A DNA stretch of 53,104 bases from Xylographa opegraphella (lineage: Eukaryota): the NCBI GenBank assembly GCA_022813865.1, contig JALDZX010000063.1, forward strand, positions 62,001-115,104, read 5' to 3'. Positions 23,883-37,032 of the stretch are shown here, in pieces (within the stretch, counting starts at the first letter, position 1; each line of letters starts with the position of its first letter). A program made the position numbers and the translations under genes. The notes under the pieces were generated by a model. It was not told the origin of the DNA and ran no database searches. It worked only from the letters and a program-made list of their open reading frames with translations.

Positions 23883-26800
23883 TTAAACACGCTTACTCTC
23901 CGGCGGCCCCAAATAGCTCGGCCGCACGCCCCCCAGATCGACCACGATCTTCTGAAACACCAGCGCGGGCTCCAGCGCCCACAGGTTCAATGTATGGTTC
24001 CCCGGCGTGATGGCCACGGTGGAGCTGTTCTCCCAGACGGCATTCGCCACTGCGCCATTCCACGCAGCTGGTAGCGAGCCCAGCATGTAGGTCGGACACG
24101 GCTGCACCGTCGCTACGGGCCCGTCGTCGATGCTGAGCGCATACTTGAGAGGCCGCGAAGGGATCGTGTTAAGGCTGGGGCCGACATACACGGTGACGTT
24201 GGCGTTGGAGACGTTGCTGAAGGCATAGAAGGCGTACTGCAGCATTGGACCGTGGGCAGCCGTTTGCGAGGTGGCGGTGACGGGGAGGAGGGTCACGCCG
24301 GAGAGCGTGCGGCCGTAGCCGGGGATGATAGCGTAGCTGGCGTTGGCGGTGGAGGTGTTGGCGGAGGTGTGCTCACCTTCCATGCTGATTGTGGCATCAG
24401 ACTCGACGAAGCCGTGGAAGGAGGCCGGGACGGACGTTTTGTTGACAGGGAGGTTGACCTGAGGGGCGCTGTAGCTACCGTAGTCGTCGGAGGAGGTAAT
24501 TGGGAGGAAGACAATGTTAGAACCGTTGGGAGCGGCTGCCCAGTCTATGGATATGAGGACCCGTTGGTCGGTGTGTTTGGCGGCTGCGGAGAGAGTGCCC
24601 GTGGAGGGCGTTGCCGTAAGCCAACTGATGCCGGTGGTGTTAACAGTGTACGTGAAGGAACCGGTGCCGCGGGAGTAGATGTCGATGTAGCGAGTAGCAG
24701 GGCTATATGGGTCTATTGGGGGCAGCACCAGGGTGTTGTTCGAGAGAGCGACGTTATAATTAGAATCGCCCGGCACGGAGCCGTTGCTAGCTTCAACGGA
24801 GACGCCCATGTTACCGGCGAGAGATGTTTCCATGGTTTGAACGTAGGCGATGGGAGGAAGAGTGTTACGTTCGGGTTGTTGCCTAATTGAGTATTAACGG
24901 AGCCATCCCAATGAAATGAAGGTTGCCTACCAATAGTCGTATCCTAAGTGTGTTTGATCTAATATGTGGTTCCACTTTCCGTTCAGCAATGTGTGATATC
25001 TTTGAGTTATCGCATGATCCTGGTTGAAAGCGTTCAGGGCTTGCTGTGCTAGCGTGTTGGCGCTCGTTCTTCGCTGCTCGGCGTACACATTGTTCATTGC
25101 TGCGGTAATATGGATCTGGTGAAGGGTGTAGCCTGACATCGCGGGTTGCAGTAGTAACTCGAAGAAAGACGGCTGCGAAATAGCGGGCAGATTACTGTAG
25201 ATCGCTTGGGCTTGATTGACGAGATCGCTCCATTCGGCAAGGACGTTCTCGGCCTCGTTGTAATTATTGACGCTGTACGTCGAGGGGTCGACGAGTTCGT
25301 ACTTCCTCCTCCCCGCAAGCATGCCGTACGTATTCATAGCATTGGCCGTTGCGTTGGCTGCACCGGTACCGAACTCTCTCTCGGCCCATTGAACAAGCCA
25401 TGGCATTGTGCTGTCAGGAGAGGACATCGCGGACATGTCATACGCCATGTCGAAGAAGTGGTTGATGGGCACTTCCTACAGGATATTAGGATTATGAGCT
25501 CCGAAGGGTTTGTTCAACTGACCAATGCCTTAAGATCTCCTACGTTAACTATCCAGATAGTCTTAGCGTCTCTCTCGTATGCCAGGTGCATCTGCTCCCA
25601 TGTCTTTTGCAACTGAATCGTATTGATCCATTTGTAGTCACGAGGATCACCGACATAGTCGAAATGATAGTATACGCCCGCACCGCCAGCACGACTCGTC
25701 TCGTTTGAAAGTGGCAACCTTTGGTTGTTGCCCCAGTTGTCGTCAGCCCATAGCAGCGTAATATCGTCAGGGACACTCAAGCCTTGCTCGAAGTATCCTC
25801 CAACTTCCTGCAAGTTTGCTTAGCACAACGCTGGCTATCGCTATAGTCAAAATTTCTTACTTTGTACAAGCACCACATCTGTGGTATGCCAGTAATATTA
25901 CTAGTATTGAACGTTCGCTGTAATATCTGTTGCTCCACGGTGATGATCTGCTTTAACTCGCTTGCATTGAGTGTCGGAGAAGCAGTATCCCCCAGTCCCC
26001 GCATGCCCATAGTAAAGACGCTTTCATAAGGTGCAGCTCGCTTAGCGCCGGCTTCCATGAAGGTGGTGACATTTGCTTGATTCTCAGTCCAGCTCCAGAT
26101 GCCGTTGAGAAATAAACTTTGTTCTTTGGTGGCTCGCATCAAAGGCTCCGTATGACTAGTTCCCTGAAAAATACCGTACATATCAGCAGTAGCTGCGTTC
26201 AAAGGATCGTCCACGTTGAACATGCTGTTCCACTCCGCAGGCCAAAGATAGTTTGCTCGAAGCCGAAGAAGTAGCTCAAAAATGTTTGAGTAGAATTCGT
26301 GGTTAAAGCCAGGGCCTGTGAAATAGTAAGTTCATGATTCAGCTCAAGGTGAATTCTCTTACCGTATTTGCCCATTGGGTAGTTTTCATTGACCCAATTT
26401 GTCAATGCCGGCTGTTCATCATTGATGAACAAGCCTCGATATTTTACTGAAGGCGGACCCTGAATCTTAGTCATATTCGTAGCATATATCGTGCTCCGGT
26501 TTTTCGATGCCACATCTGCAAACCAGTACCACGGTGAAACGCCGATTTGTTCTGAAATATCATACATTCCATATATTGTACCCCGCTTATCACTACCTGC
26601 AATAACCAAAGCTGAATCGAGGCCTGGCACAGGGTTTGACACCACCTGCGACGAGAATGATTCCCACTTGCCCTGAATCCGAGAGACATTGATCTTCTGC
26701 GCGCTTATGAGATAATCGATGAAGCTGGAATTGCCAATGGTTCCTGCAATGATGGTGGCTCCTCCGTTGGAGGTCAACGGCATGGGTTGAATAACCGTAT

Positions 26801-27044
26801 TGTTCACCACTTCAACGGTGGCATTGGTGCCGGTGACTCTGCCGAAATCCATAGCGAGGTCATTCGCGGTGCGAATGACACCAGGCCAATCTTTTCCATC
26901 GAGAACGATCTGGCTATTGACGCCATTTCCAGCAAGTTGGAGACTGTCAGCATCCGAGGTGAATGAAAGAGTAACTTGCTGAAGTAGCCCAGAAACTGGC
27001 GCAACGAAACCAACCGCGACTAGAAGCCTATGAGAGAGCTTCAT
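23883..27044 (-). CDS. Secreted glycoside hydrolase family 115 (xylan alpha-1,2-glucuronidase-like)
   Basis: Signal peptide MKLSHRLLVAVGFVAPVSG; motifs IAGSDKRGTIYGMYDISEQIGVSPWYWFAD, PSVKYRGLFINDEQPAL, GTSHTEP, GMRGLGD, DDNWGN, GVYYHFDYVGDPRDYKW, SYLGPPES. Four GT-AG introns. Confidence 0.93.
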
Positions 27045-27677
27045 CTTGACGGAAGAGAAGGAGGGCAAGCTTTATCATGTATGATACTGGTGAGAAACAA
27101 AAAGAACTCCCGTATGAATCTCAAGCTTCCACTTGCTCGGGGTCAACAATTTCATTGCAGAGGAAAGAAGCCATGATATGATCCAGCTTCGGTTTCTTGC
27201 TTGACGTGGAACATACCAACCGGATAAAAAGAACTTAGAGGGGTCCTCGTGATATAAATACATGACTAAATCTGACTTTGAGCATCTGCCAATACTCGAA
27301 GCTGAGTAGATGGTGCATTAAGTCAAGCACCTTGGCACCTATTGCATGCATCGGTCCATGTCTCGGCTTCTATGCTACACATGTGGAAGGCCATCATCGG
27401 TGGAGTGACGTTTTGCGGGGTCGGCGCGGAAAGGCAGTTCGACATGAAGCTGTATTGCCCGTACCTGAAGATCGTGACCATGATCATTGGTGTTGCGGAG
27501 AGCACGTTCAAGGATCCCGGATAAATTGCTCGGAGGCCGTTTTGATAGCTCGATAGGTCCTAGGGCTTGGCAGCCGGGAGCTTAGGACCTAAAGCTTACC
27601 GAGCCCCGGCAAATCTCAACCGCAAGTGTCCTTCCCAATCGCACATGGACCACTAATAATATTCCCTTTCCATAACA

Positions 27678-28066
27678 ATGGCTCAAGGGACTGTCAAGAA
27701 GACCAAAGCCGTCACGGCTTCGAGGCGGTCAGTTCGTGCATACAGCCTGAATGTACTCCGCAATATGCAGGTACAGAGTCTGACCCGGCTATAGGCCAAG
27801 CGTCCTCGGTCCGAAGAAGGGTGCTCGAACAATTGCACCGAAGAGAACCTCTTTAGTTAAGCAGAAAAAGCTCACCAAGGTCAGTGATTGATACTATTGC
27901 TGCTTACTAGACGGCGGTGTTGAATATTATGTAGAAACACTCCGCTGGGCTCATTAATAAGACCGAGCGGACCCTGGGGGAGAAAGCGGGCCACTTGGAA
28001 ATGCTTGCCGGTGGAAAGAAGAAAGGAAAGGGTGCTGAAGGAATCAAGGAGAAGAAGGCCAAGTAA
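27678..28066 (+). CDS. Small Lys-rich UPF0390/DUF2462 protein
   Basis: Not in the ORF track. Exons 27678-27727, 27795-27879, 27935-28066 give [10 protein letters not shown]...[53 protein letters not shown]. Confidence 0.85.
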
Positions 28067-28484
28067 GCGTCTAAGGAAAAGTGCCCTATGATGACCATTG
28101 GAGCTGGAAAGTGATGTCTTGCATAGCGTGGGCGTTATCCTCAGGTTTGCTCTGAGCCCAAGAACCAGGGCTCTGTATAGATTTTATTTACTTGATATTT
28201 TGTTCTATGATCTCCGGCCTATGTTTAGTTGCACACCGATCACTGTTCCGATCTATCCCAAGTAACATTTGATCCATAGGGATCAAGCAACACGAATCCC
28301 AGGATTGCAGCTCCGAAACCTTTCACCATCCATCCTGTCTGCTCCCGTGGTAATCACCGTCGGGGACGCTGCCATTTGAGTCGAGCTACTGCCCGTATGC
28401 ATAACAACAGTGGTTGAATTCCCCAACAATAAAATATTGTATATGGTGGATAAGTTGGCGGACGGTATAGACGTGGTTGATACG

Positions 28485-29089
28485 CTAATGGCGGTAAGAA
28501 GCGGCAGTTATTGCAACACTAATACTGGTTGTGCTACTTCCTGTAATTGATGATGAGGTCGTAGTAGTAAAGGTTCCAGGCTGCTCATCGGAGGACTGGC
28601 TGGCATAAGGGCTATTAGCGTTAGAGATACCGAATTGGCCAGTGTATTGGTAGGCGCCCGTGGCATCGACGATTAGTTGAATACCGTAGTGGGAGGTGTC
28701 CGGTCGTAATGAAAGAGGCGGGAACCAAAGGTAGCTACCCGTGTTTGGGATCCCTGTAGCGATGGCGAGCAGGCTGACACAGTTACTTTCTGGTCCGTGA
28801 CAAAGAACAAGGTCAACCGTGCCACTAGTTGTTGGCTATAGATCGTGTTAGTCACGAGATCGCAAGTTTATCGGTGGTGCTGCGCAAAACGTGGGAATGG
28901 TCCAGGAACTGGAGTATTTTTGGACGAGCTTACATTCCAGGTGACATTGAAGGGTGCGCCTGCAGGTACGATCTGATTGACGCCTGGCCTGTGAAAATTA
29001 TTGCCAGTATCAGCAAATGTTGGAGTGGTCCATGCAGATGCAATGCCAGCGAATGCAGCAGACATAAGAGCGCATAATGAGGTGCGCAT
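28485..29089 (-). CDS. Secreted Kre9/Knh1-N-terminal-like (Ser/Thr-rich GPI family) protein, C-terminally truncated; possible pseudogene
   Basis: Signal peptide MRTSLCALMSAAFAGIASA, then PGVNQIVPAGAPFNVTWN, intron 28933-28836, then PTTSGTVDLVLCHGP...IATGIPNTGSYLWFPP...YGIQLIVDATGAYQYTGQFGISN and a Ser/Thr run ending at TAG 28487-28485. Confidence 0.75.
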
Positions 29090-29949
29090 TTTCGAGATTG
29101 TCGGATAGCCTTGACAGCGAAGTATATGGATATATACGTGCAAATTAATGTCACAGTAGAACGGCTTGAGTGCTGGCGGGTATTGAAGCCGAGCAGCGAA
29201 GGAATGAGTGACGAATGAAATGTGAAATCACAGAGAACGAATAGTGAGCTTTAATAAGTGAATTGGGGTACAGAACCTAAGAAAATACAACGATTCTGTG
29301 CAAAGATGAGACAGAGACTGAGAATGAAAATGTGCAACGTGAAGATTTCCAAAAGTAAGAAGAGCGGAAGGAGCTGAAGGCGCTGAGAAATCAAAGTCGC
29401 AATAACGACCCACTAATTATATAACACGGCCACCAGGCGCTCATTCTCAAAGGGGCATTAATCTTAGGATTCTGACGGTGCCAGAAGGTTTGCAGTCATG
29501 GTGGAGCATCTGCAGACCACCAAAGTTTCTATACGAGGGATCGAGATAATCGCGTAATGCAGCAACAATGGGGTTTTCTAATCGAAACACAATTGATTGC
29601 ATCTTATACAACCGACGGTGGGGCGGCAATTCTCATCCAGACTCAGGGCTAATTGCATGACAAGCTCCAAGCACCTTCGTGAATTTCGACGTCAAATGGA
29701 AGGAAATCTCTGAGGTTTCCCCTTGCCCTGGGACCATTCTTTCCGCGAAGTACGAAACATGGTATGGATACCCAGAGAAACCCCAACTTCAGCTGCAATA
29801 AGAAATGAGGACAACGCAGAGAGACGTCTTCGAACTCATGTGCCTACGTATCCTATACATTCAATCGCTAAGCTGAGGTCAGAATGATGGTGATACGAGA
29901 TGCTGTTCCTCATCCTGCATATCCAAAAATGTTCGAGGTGCTGTTCTGC

Positions 29950-31130
29950 ACTTAGTTGAAAGCCCAGAGAGACCATTTGTGTGAGAATTGTTGGGCCGTG
30001 CTTGATGAGGATGCTCTGCAGGATTCTAGAGCTATATTGAGAAGGCGCGTTATTTCGAGCCACTCTTGGTCCTTAGCTTGACATCCTGCTCACATTGCGC
30101 TTCGTGGTACCGCTCTTTCCGCGCTGTAAATCGATGTGGATCTATCAGTGGCCACAAAATGTGGGTGAGGTCCTTCTCCTGCCTGTCTACTGGAGATCCG
30201 ATCAGGGTCTCATGAATCTAGTATTAACAACCCATAAGGACGACATGCCGAATTTGGTTGATATTTGGTACATATCCTGAGCTGCAAGATATTTTCAACG
30301 ATCCATCTGTTGTACACATCGTGGTCGAGGGAATGAAAACCAATAGACCTCGGCAGATCTTGTGTCGTACCTCGTGAAATACTTCGTCGTGACGGCCTTA
30401 AATCCAACCAACCAAAGCCTTAGCAAGACTACAAGTACGAGGCTCATTGAGGGAAAGTTGTAACACCAATAAAAATGAACAAAGTGGTCGCACGTCGGTT
30501 GTAGTCGTGATCATAGACCCTTGCATGTACAAAATCAGAGCCCTCGAGCCATGACATGCGTAGCCCGTGCAAATCCATCTTAGCAATCACCTTAATATCT
30601 TGGAGATCTCATTCCCCCAGTTATAAATAATAATAGACTAATCTGAACACTCGCCTTCCACAAGATGGAGCTGCTGAAAGCGCCTCACATCAAAAGCAGG
30701 GAGATGTAACTGGACTTGGGTACACTGGGCCGAAAACTGTATCAATGAAGCCTCTTTGCTTCCGGTTTATCGTGTTGGTATGTCGAGCTTGCGTGTGGCT
30801 TCTTGGGAGCTTGGAAACGAATATTGCCATAGTTATAACGGATGAGTCCTCAATCGATTGGATGTCCTGCGTCAACTTCCGCGACAAAGGTTCCTATTCT
30901 CGACAGGAGTATTGGCACAATTTTGGTAGGTCCAAAATCATAAATATGGCTGTTGGCATATCTCAAGCTAATGGATGGTGTTAACACCTTTCCTTGATGC
31001 ACTTATCAACGAGAGAGCATGGTTCCCCATGGCCTTGAACCTTATGATCCACGAGGTTCGGGTAGAACAAGTGTCTTCGCCTCGGATCCTGCTTATCGTC
31101 ATAACAAGCTAGGCGGTGATATGTCCGCTT
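29950..31130 (+). pseudogene. Possible heavily degraded HET-domain gene relic
   Basis: Motif-like fragments in HET order but in different frames and with stops: LCENC (~29977), TRLIE (~30437), AL/SH (~30540), LGY/WAENCINE (~30715-30749), CVWLLG (~30790), LSTR/AW (~31003), EQVSSPRILL (~31065). Weak. Confidence 0.25.
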
Positions 31131-31372
31131 TGACAATACGCAGACGGCTACGAAGAAGCCTGCCTGAAGGTGGCTATCTGAGTGACTAGACACCATAGAG
31201 TGCCACGAATGCTCTCCGACAAAAGAAGATTCAAACTCTGGACAATCTGCGGCCATTGCGTTCCAAAGTCTTGTTCCAAATCTGCTGTGGAGAACTTGTG
31301 GGTACTGGTGTCGCATACTATACGATATTGATTGTGAGGCCCGTGTCGACAATCAACTGCCAAGTCCAGTCC

Positions 31373-32798
31373 TTAATGTTGAGCAGTATTGTCTTCGGAT
31401 TCCATACCATGGGTCTCAGATTGTTTCTCATCATCCGAAAAGCTCACAGATTTGCCACTGGGTGGACGGCTGATCACTTCAAGAACATCGCCATCCCAAG
31501 GCTTACACTCCTTGACAAGTTCTCCGCATCTCAGGCAAACCCAGCCCTCGCCTTCTTCTGCTTCCAATCTAGTGGCTATACAGACAAAACAGTATATGCA
31601 ACCACAAGGTATAGTTTCGTACGGATTGGTCACATCTGTTTGAGCTGAACCGACAACACCTCCAGATGCACCAGTAACCGCCATGATCTCGTTCTCTGAA
31701 GTTGAAGTTGGATTCTGCTCTGAATAGCAGATTGCGCAGGTCCTTTCTGGGAGAAAGGCCAGTTCCCCGCCATTTGATTCCTCGTCTTCATACTCTCCGC
31801 GCCTCCTAACGAGGGACTTGGTCTTCCGCCACACTCTAGAGAGCCATCTTCGCCAGCGACTGATTCCAACCAAGGGCAACAGGAAAAGGAGGAACTCGGT
31901 AAAAGCATGCCAAACGAGTTGACGATTAAGATATTCGAAGCTGACCTGACGGCTTGCTTGGCTGGTCGGCGGTGCTAGGCGTAGACGTAGAATGCGATCT
32001 AGTAGAGTTCTATATCTTCCGTTCACGAGGAAAACGAGAATCGAGGCGAAAGCCGTCATGGAATGGGTAGTTGAAACAATCGATGATATACGTGAATACA
32101 TACGTACTGTTGGGGATGGCTTGGAAGTGGGTTAGCAAGAAAAAAATCTCATCGTTTTCTGGTTAGTAGTCCCCTTACTTCTTCGTAACCACCCTCCTGC
32201 TCAACAAGCCAACTTTCCCATTTTTCCCATACGTACCTACCTCCAACGGTAACCAAACCATATATTGCTTTTTGCCACCGTGCTGGTGCTTTTAGGGCTG
32301 ATCCCATATGCCGAGCGTCTGTATACCGAAGGTTCTGCAATAAGGCTCCGTAAGAAGCATTATGGTCCCAGATCGATAACTTGAATAGAATGGCCCTGAG
32401 CCCAAAAAGAATCTCGGATGACCAGTCATCTCTCAGGTGTGACTTGTGGCTTGTTAGCACGTTGTAACCCGACTCTTGAAAGTGCTGCTACGTACACCAA
32501 AGAATTTCAGAGCCTCCCCAACCTGAGCCTTAAGCAGTTCTAGCAACTCCTCGTCTAAGAGCTCTGCATCCACTTGACCAACCCGAAACGCTGGCCTTGT
32601 ACCCTCTCGTCCCTTGATCACGTCCCAACTTTCGATCCCCTTCCTTGCAGGACCATCTAAAGGGAAAGGTAACCGATTGGCAGAGGCCGTAGCCTGCTGG
32701 CTTCTTTGCGACTCTCGACGCGTTTGAGCTTCCGTTATTCGCAGCTGCCTTCGAGCAAGAACCCGCTGCTGGGCAGAAGCAAAATCTGAAGACGTCAT
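31373..32798 (-). CDS. PEX2: Peroxin 2, RING-finger peroxisomal E3 ligase subunit
   Basis: PAFRVGQVDAELLDEEL, ASYGALLQNLRY, FLVNGRYRTLLDRILRLRL, VSFEYLNRQLVWHAFTEFLLF and RING CAIC...PCGCIYCFVC...CLRC. Introns 32495-32443 and 32178-32120. Confidence 0.95.
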
Positions 32799-33151
32799 CT
32801 CCGAAGACCATCTATCTCATCTGCGGACAACAACATTATCGTACCATGATCTACCGCCTCACAGACAAAAAGTACAGCATTGGCGCAGCACCGATGCCAC
32901 TTACCGAGGCTTTTTGCATATGGTCTCCACAAGCCACTGGGATGCCTCTAGGAGTTAGGAGTATGGGCTAGCACACGTCACGGGCGGTCGCGCTAGAGAT
33001 CCCTGCTCTACCTTAACTAGATAGTTGTGGCGCATGTTGTATGGTCAACTATGGGGATATCAGAACGTTTCATCCAGCAAATCTTCGGAAACGTAAAATC
33101 GATCTTCCATTATGCTCTAAGCTCGGACTCTGCTACTGACCAAGAGATAAG

Positions 33152-36100
33152 ATGAACTTTGCAATAGAGGTCCCTTCAGAAGCCAACCCATTAAACATTC
33201 AAGCATTGGTCAACGTACTAACAAAAGCCTCCTCAACTGATCAGCAACAGGTCCAGACTAGCACGCAGCAGCTCCAAAACTGGGAGAGACAACCAGGCTT
33301 CTACAGCTCATTACAGTCCGTCTTCATAGAGACCTCGTTACCACTCGAAGTCCGTTACCTGTCGTCCATACAGCTTAAGAATGGCATTGATAAGTATTGG
33401 AGGAAGACTGCATCCAATGCTATCAGTAAGGAAGAGAAGACTCTGATCCGATCTAGATGCCTAGACAGCGGCATCAACGAGCCAGATCGTCGTCTAGCTT
33501 TGCAGAATGCTCTGGTGATTGCGAAAATCACCAGGTTTGACTTTCCTCATGACTGGTGAGACCGCCCTATCCTATTGCACCTTCCTCGGATTGTGTTGTA
33601 CTTCACTCACCATTAGTTGTATCTACTCATCTCCAATAGGCCAGACGTAATTTCGTCTGTGACCGAACATTTGCGTTTGGCTTCTCGGCCTGAGTCAAAT
33701 TCTGTGCACCTTTCCCGCACGCTTCTAATTGTGTTATACATCATCAAGGAGCTATCGACCGCTAGGCTTCAACGCTCGCGGTCGAGTTTGCAGAGTGCTA
33801 CTCCAGAAGTGTTTCAAGTGCTTGGTCAAGTGTACGTTGAAAACGTGCATTTATGGATGAGAAATCTGCAGAATGGTACTGGTAATCATGCCTTGGTCTC
33901 ACAAGCTGTTGCAGAGAGTCTGCTTGCTCTGAGAGTTCTCCGAAGACTGGCGATATCTGGTTTTGAGTTTCCAAATCGCCATAAAGAAGTACAGGAATTC
34001 TGGGTCTGCAGCAGACTCCATTTAGCTGAAATGCTATCCTTGCTCCGCCAGCACCGTCAATCCTTGCAACTAGAGATTCAATTCCAGATTGAGAAAATCC
34101 TTGTGCAATTATCAAAACTGCACTTAGAAATGGTCAAGGTCCATCCAGCAGCCTTCGCATTGCTCCCAGACTCTCCCGAATTAGCCAAGGCATACTGGAG
34201 ACTGCTTTGCGAGTTCGGCCAGACGTTTGGTTCGCAAAGTGCGGTCACGCCTCTGAAGATCGGCGCGGATGGCGATTCGGAAGACAAAGACATTTCGTAC
34301 ATGGAGAAGGTCAGCCTCAAGGGTCTGCTTCTCATTCGAGCTTGTGCGAAGATGGTATATAGTCCAAGCCAGACATTCAAATACCAACACGCCGAGGACA
34401 AGGCCGAAAAGAAACAATCGATAGCCCTCATGCAGGCGGGACTGCTTAGCGAAGCATTGATTGGAGAAATGATGGAGATTCTCGTCACACGATTCTTTGT
34501 CTTCCGGCCACGGGATCTTCGCGAATGGGAAGCAGAGCCCGATGAATGGGAAAGAAGAGAAGAAGGCGAGGGCGATGTTTGGGAATTCTCAATTAGATCA
34601 TGTGCGGAGAAGCTGTTCCTAGATCTAGTCATCAATAATAAGGATCGTCTGACCAAACCACTTCTCAATGTGTTCTACACTGTTGCCAGTACGTGTAATT
34701 CGTATGCAGCGATGTTCAGGACTGACCGGTCTAGCTCCTCAAAACTCCGATGTGCTCCTCAAAGACTCGATATACGCCGCCATCGGTCTTGCAGCTCCGG
34801 TGCTGGAAACCGAGCTCGATTTCGGGAAGTTCCTCGAGATCACTCTCGTCCCAGAAATTCAGATCCAGGGACCGGGTTATAATGTCCTTCGCCGACGGAT
34901 AGCAATAGTTCTGGGTCAGTGGCTGATGGTGAAAGAAGGCCTCAATCGACCGCTGGTCTATCAGATCTTCCAGTACCTGCTGGACAAGGCCGATTCCAGT
35001 AACGATCTCGTGGTCCGAGTCACAGCTGGCCGGCAACTGAAGAACATCATCGAGCCGTACGAGTTCACGGCGGAGCCATTCATGCCCTTTGCGCCTGTTT
35101 TACTCGGCCGCTTGATGGCCCTCATCGAGGAGGTGGAGCTGAGCGAGACGAAAATGGCCTTGCTCCACACGGTCAACGTGATCTTGTCCAGGATGGAACA
35201 CCATGTACACACCAGTCGTCGAGGGGGCCCCATTTCCATTTATCCCCGCTAATGCGTGGCAGATCACCCCCTTTGCGGAGCAGGTACTCTCTCTCCTGCC
35301 CTCGCTCTGGAGCCAAGCGGGCGAGGAGTACCTCATGAAGCAATCCATCCTCGGCATCCTCTCCGTGCTCATGACGTCGGTGAAAGAGCAGTCGCACCGC
35401 TTCCACGCCGTGATCCTGCCCCTCGTCGAGAGCTCCATCGAGCTCGCGTCCGAGAGCCGGACGTACCTGCTCGAAGACGCGCTCGACCTCTGGGCCGCCC
35501 TCCTCGCACAGACCCCGGGCCCGACGCCCGCCATCCTCGCGCTCGTCGAGCACCTCTTCCCCATGTACGACAGCGCGACGGACACGCTCCGCAAAGCGCT
35601 CGAGATCACCGAGTCCTACATCCTGCTCGCGCCCGGCCCCATGCTCGACTCCAGCGCCCGCTTCCTCGCCGCCTTCGCCGCCCTGCTCGCCGCCCGCCCC
35701 CGCCGCGAAGCCAGCGGCATCATCACCCGCCTGGTCGAGCTCCTGATCCAAAGCGCCGACACCCTCGGCGGCCCGCCCGCCATACAAGCACTCACCCCCG
35801 TCCTCCTCTCCAGCCAGCTCCTGCCGCAACTCCTCACCTCCCTGCACGCCGCCCACGCCGGCCACCAGACCAGCGGCCCGCATCGCCACCCCCCCGCCAT
35901 CGACCCCCTCGTCGAGACGAGCCACCTCAGCGTGCTCGCCCGCCTCACGCTCGGCGACCCCTCCTCCCTCACCCACGCCCTCTCCACCCTCTCCTCCCCT
36001 TCCTCCTTCGACACCACCATCACCTGGCTCCTGGACGAATGGTTCGCCCACTTCGAAAACATCGGCAGCCCGGACACCAAGAAGCTGCACTGCCTCGCCC

Positions 36101-36735
36101 TCTCCGCGCTGCTGGCGCACAGCCCCGCGCCGTGGATTATGCGCCGCCTGCAGAGCCTGATGACCGTCTGGACGGACGTCATCGCCGACTGCGTCGAGCC
36201 GGCGCCCGCGGCGGACGGCGACGACGACGACGACAACCCCGCCGCCGCGCTTGGCGCGGGCCGCGACACGCTGGTGTGGGCGGACCCGGACGGCCTGAAG
36301 CCCACCGACAGGCCGGAGGCGCCTGAGGATGCGCGCAAGCGGCATGTGCGTCTTTCTCTCTCTCCCGTCCTTGCTTTCGTTCTACCCCTACCCTTCCCCC
36401 TCCCCCTCCCCTCCCCTCCCTTCGTACCGCGCAGCTATCATCCCCCTTCCCCCCTCCCCACCCACTCACTTCCCACTTCCCACAACACGTCTACATCCAC
36501 CTCAAAGCTACCAGCGCAGCACACCACAGCCAACCAACTGACTAACTGACTGAACAACGACACGCAGATCCTCTTCGCCGACCCCGTGCACCGCGTCGAC
36601 GTGCGCGATTTTGTGCGCGATCGCCTGCGGCGCTGCGTCGAGGCGTGTGAGGGCCCCGAGGCGTTTCGGCGCGAGTGGCTCGTCGATGTGGATGCCGATG
36701 TCGTGGGGGCGTTTGGGCGGTTGGGGGTTTGGTGA
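33152..36735 (+). CDS. KAP120: Importin-11 / karyopherin Kap120
   Basis: IBN_N domain (QLKNGIDKYWRK...IAKITRFDFPHDWP), DLREWEAEPDEW, RSCAEKLFLDL, LRRRIAIVLGQW, YLLEDALDLW. Exons 33152-33555, 33640-34688, 34735-35204, 35263-36345, 36568-36735. Confidence 0.92.
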
Positions 36736-37012
36736 GGGGGGGGGAGGGGGGAGAGAAGGAGAGTTGTGATGGAGCATGTGGGGTGTGGTGGCTGGGGAGC
36801 GGGCAGGGGGGTGAGTGGTTGAGGGAGGGAGGGAGGGGTTGGATAACACGGGGATGGAGGCAGGAGAAGGCATTTATGAGCCATAGATAGAAAAGAGTGC
36901 GATACGAGAGACATTTCGAAAGCAGGTTATATCGTCCCTCCGAACATCTCAACCCGCACACCGAAATGTTTTCCGAGCGGTACGGAGTCACACCCCTTGT
37001 AGACCCTCATCC

Positions 37013-37032
37013 ATATATATATATATATATAT
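37013..37032. repeat. (AT)10 microsatellite between the convergent KAP120 and ALDH 3' ends
   Basis: atatatatatatatatatat read directly from the sequence. Confidence 0.9.

Noticed and set aside
27554..27591. TAGGTCCTA...TAGGACCTA inverted repeat upstream of the UPF0390 gene
   Set aside because: Only 9 bp are exact, with no TSD or other copies seen, so it is compatible with chance.
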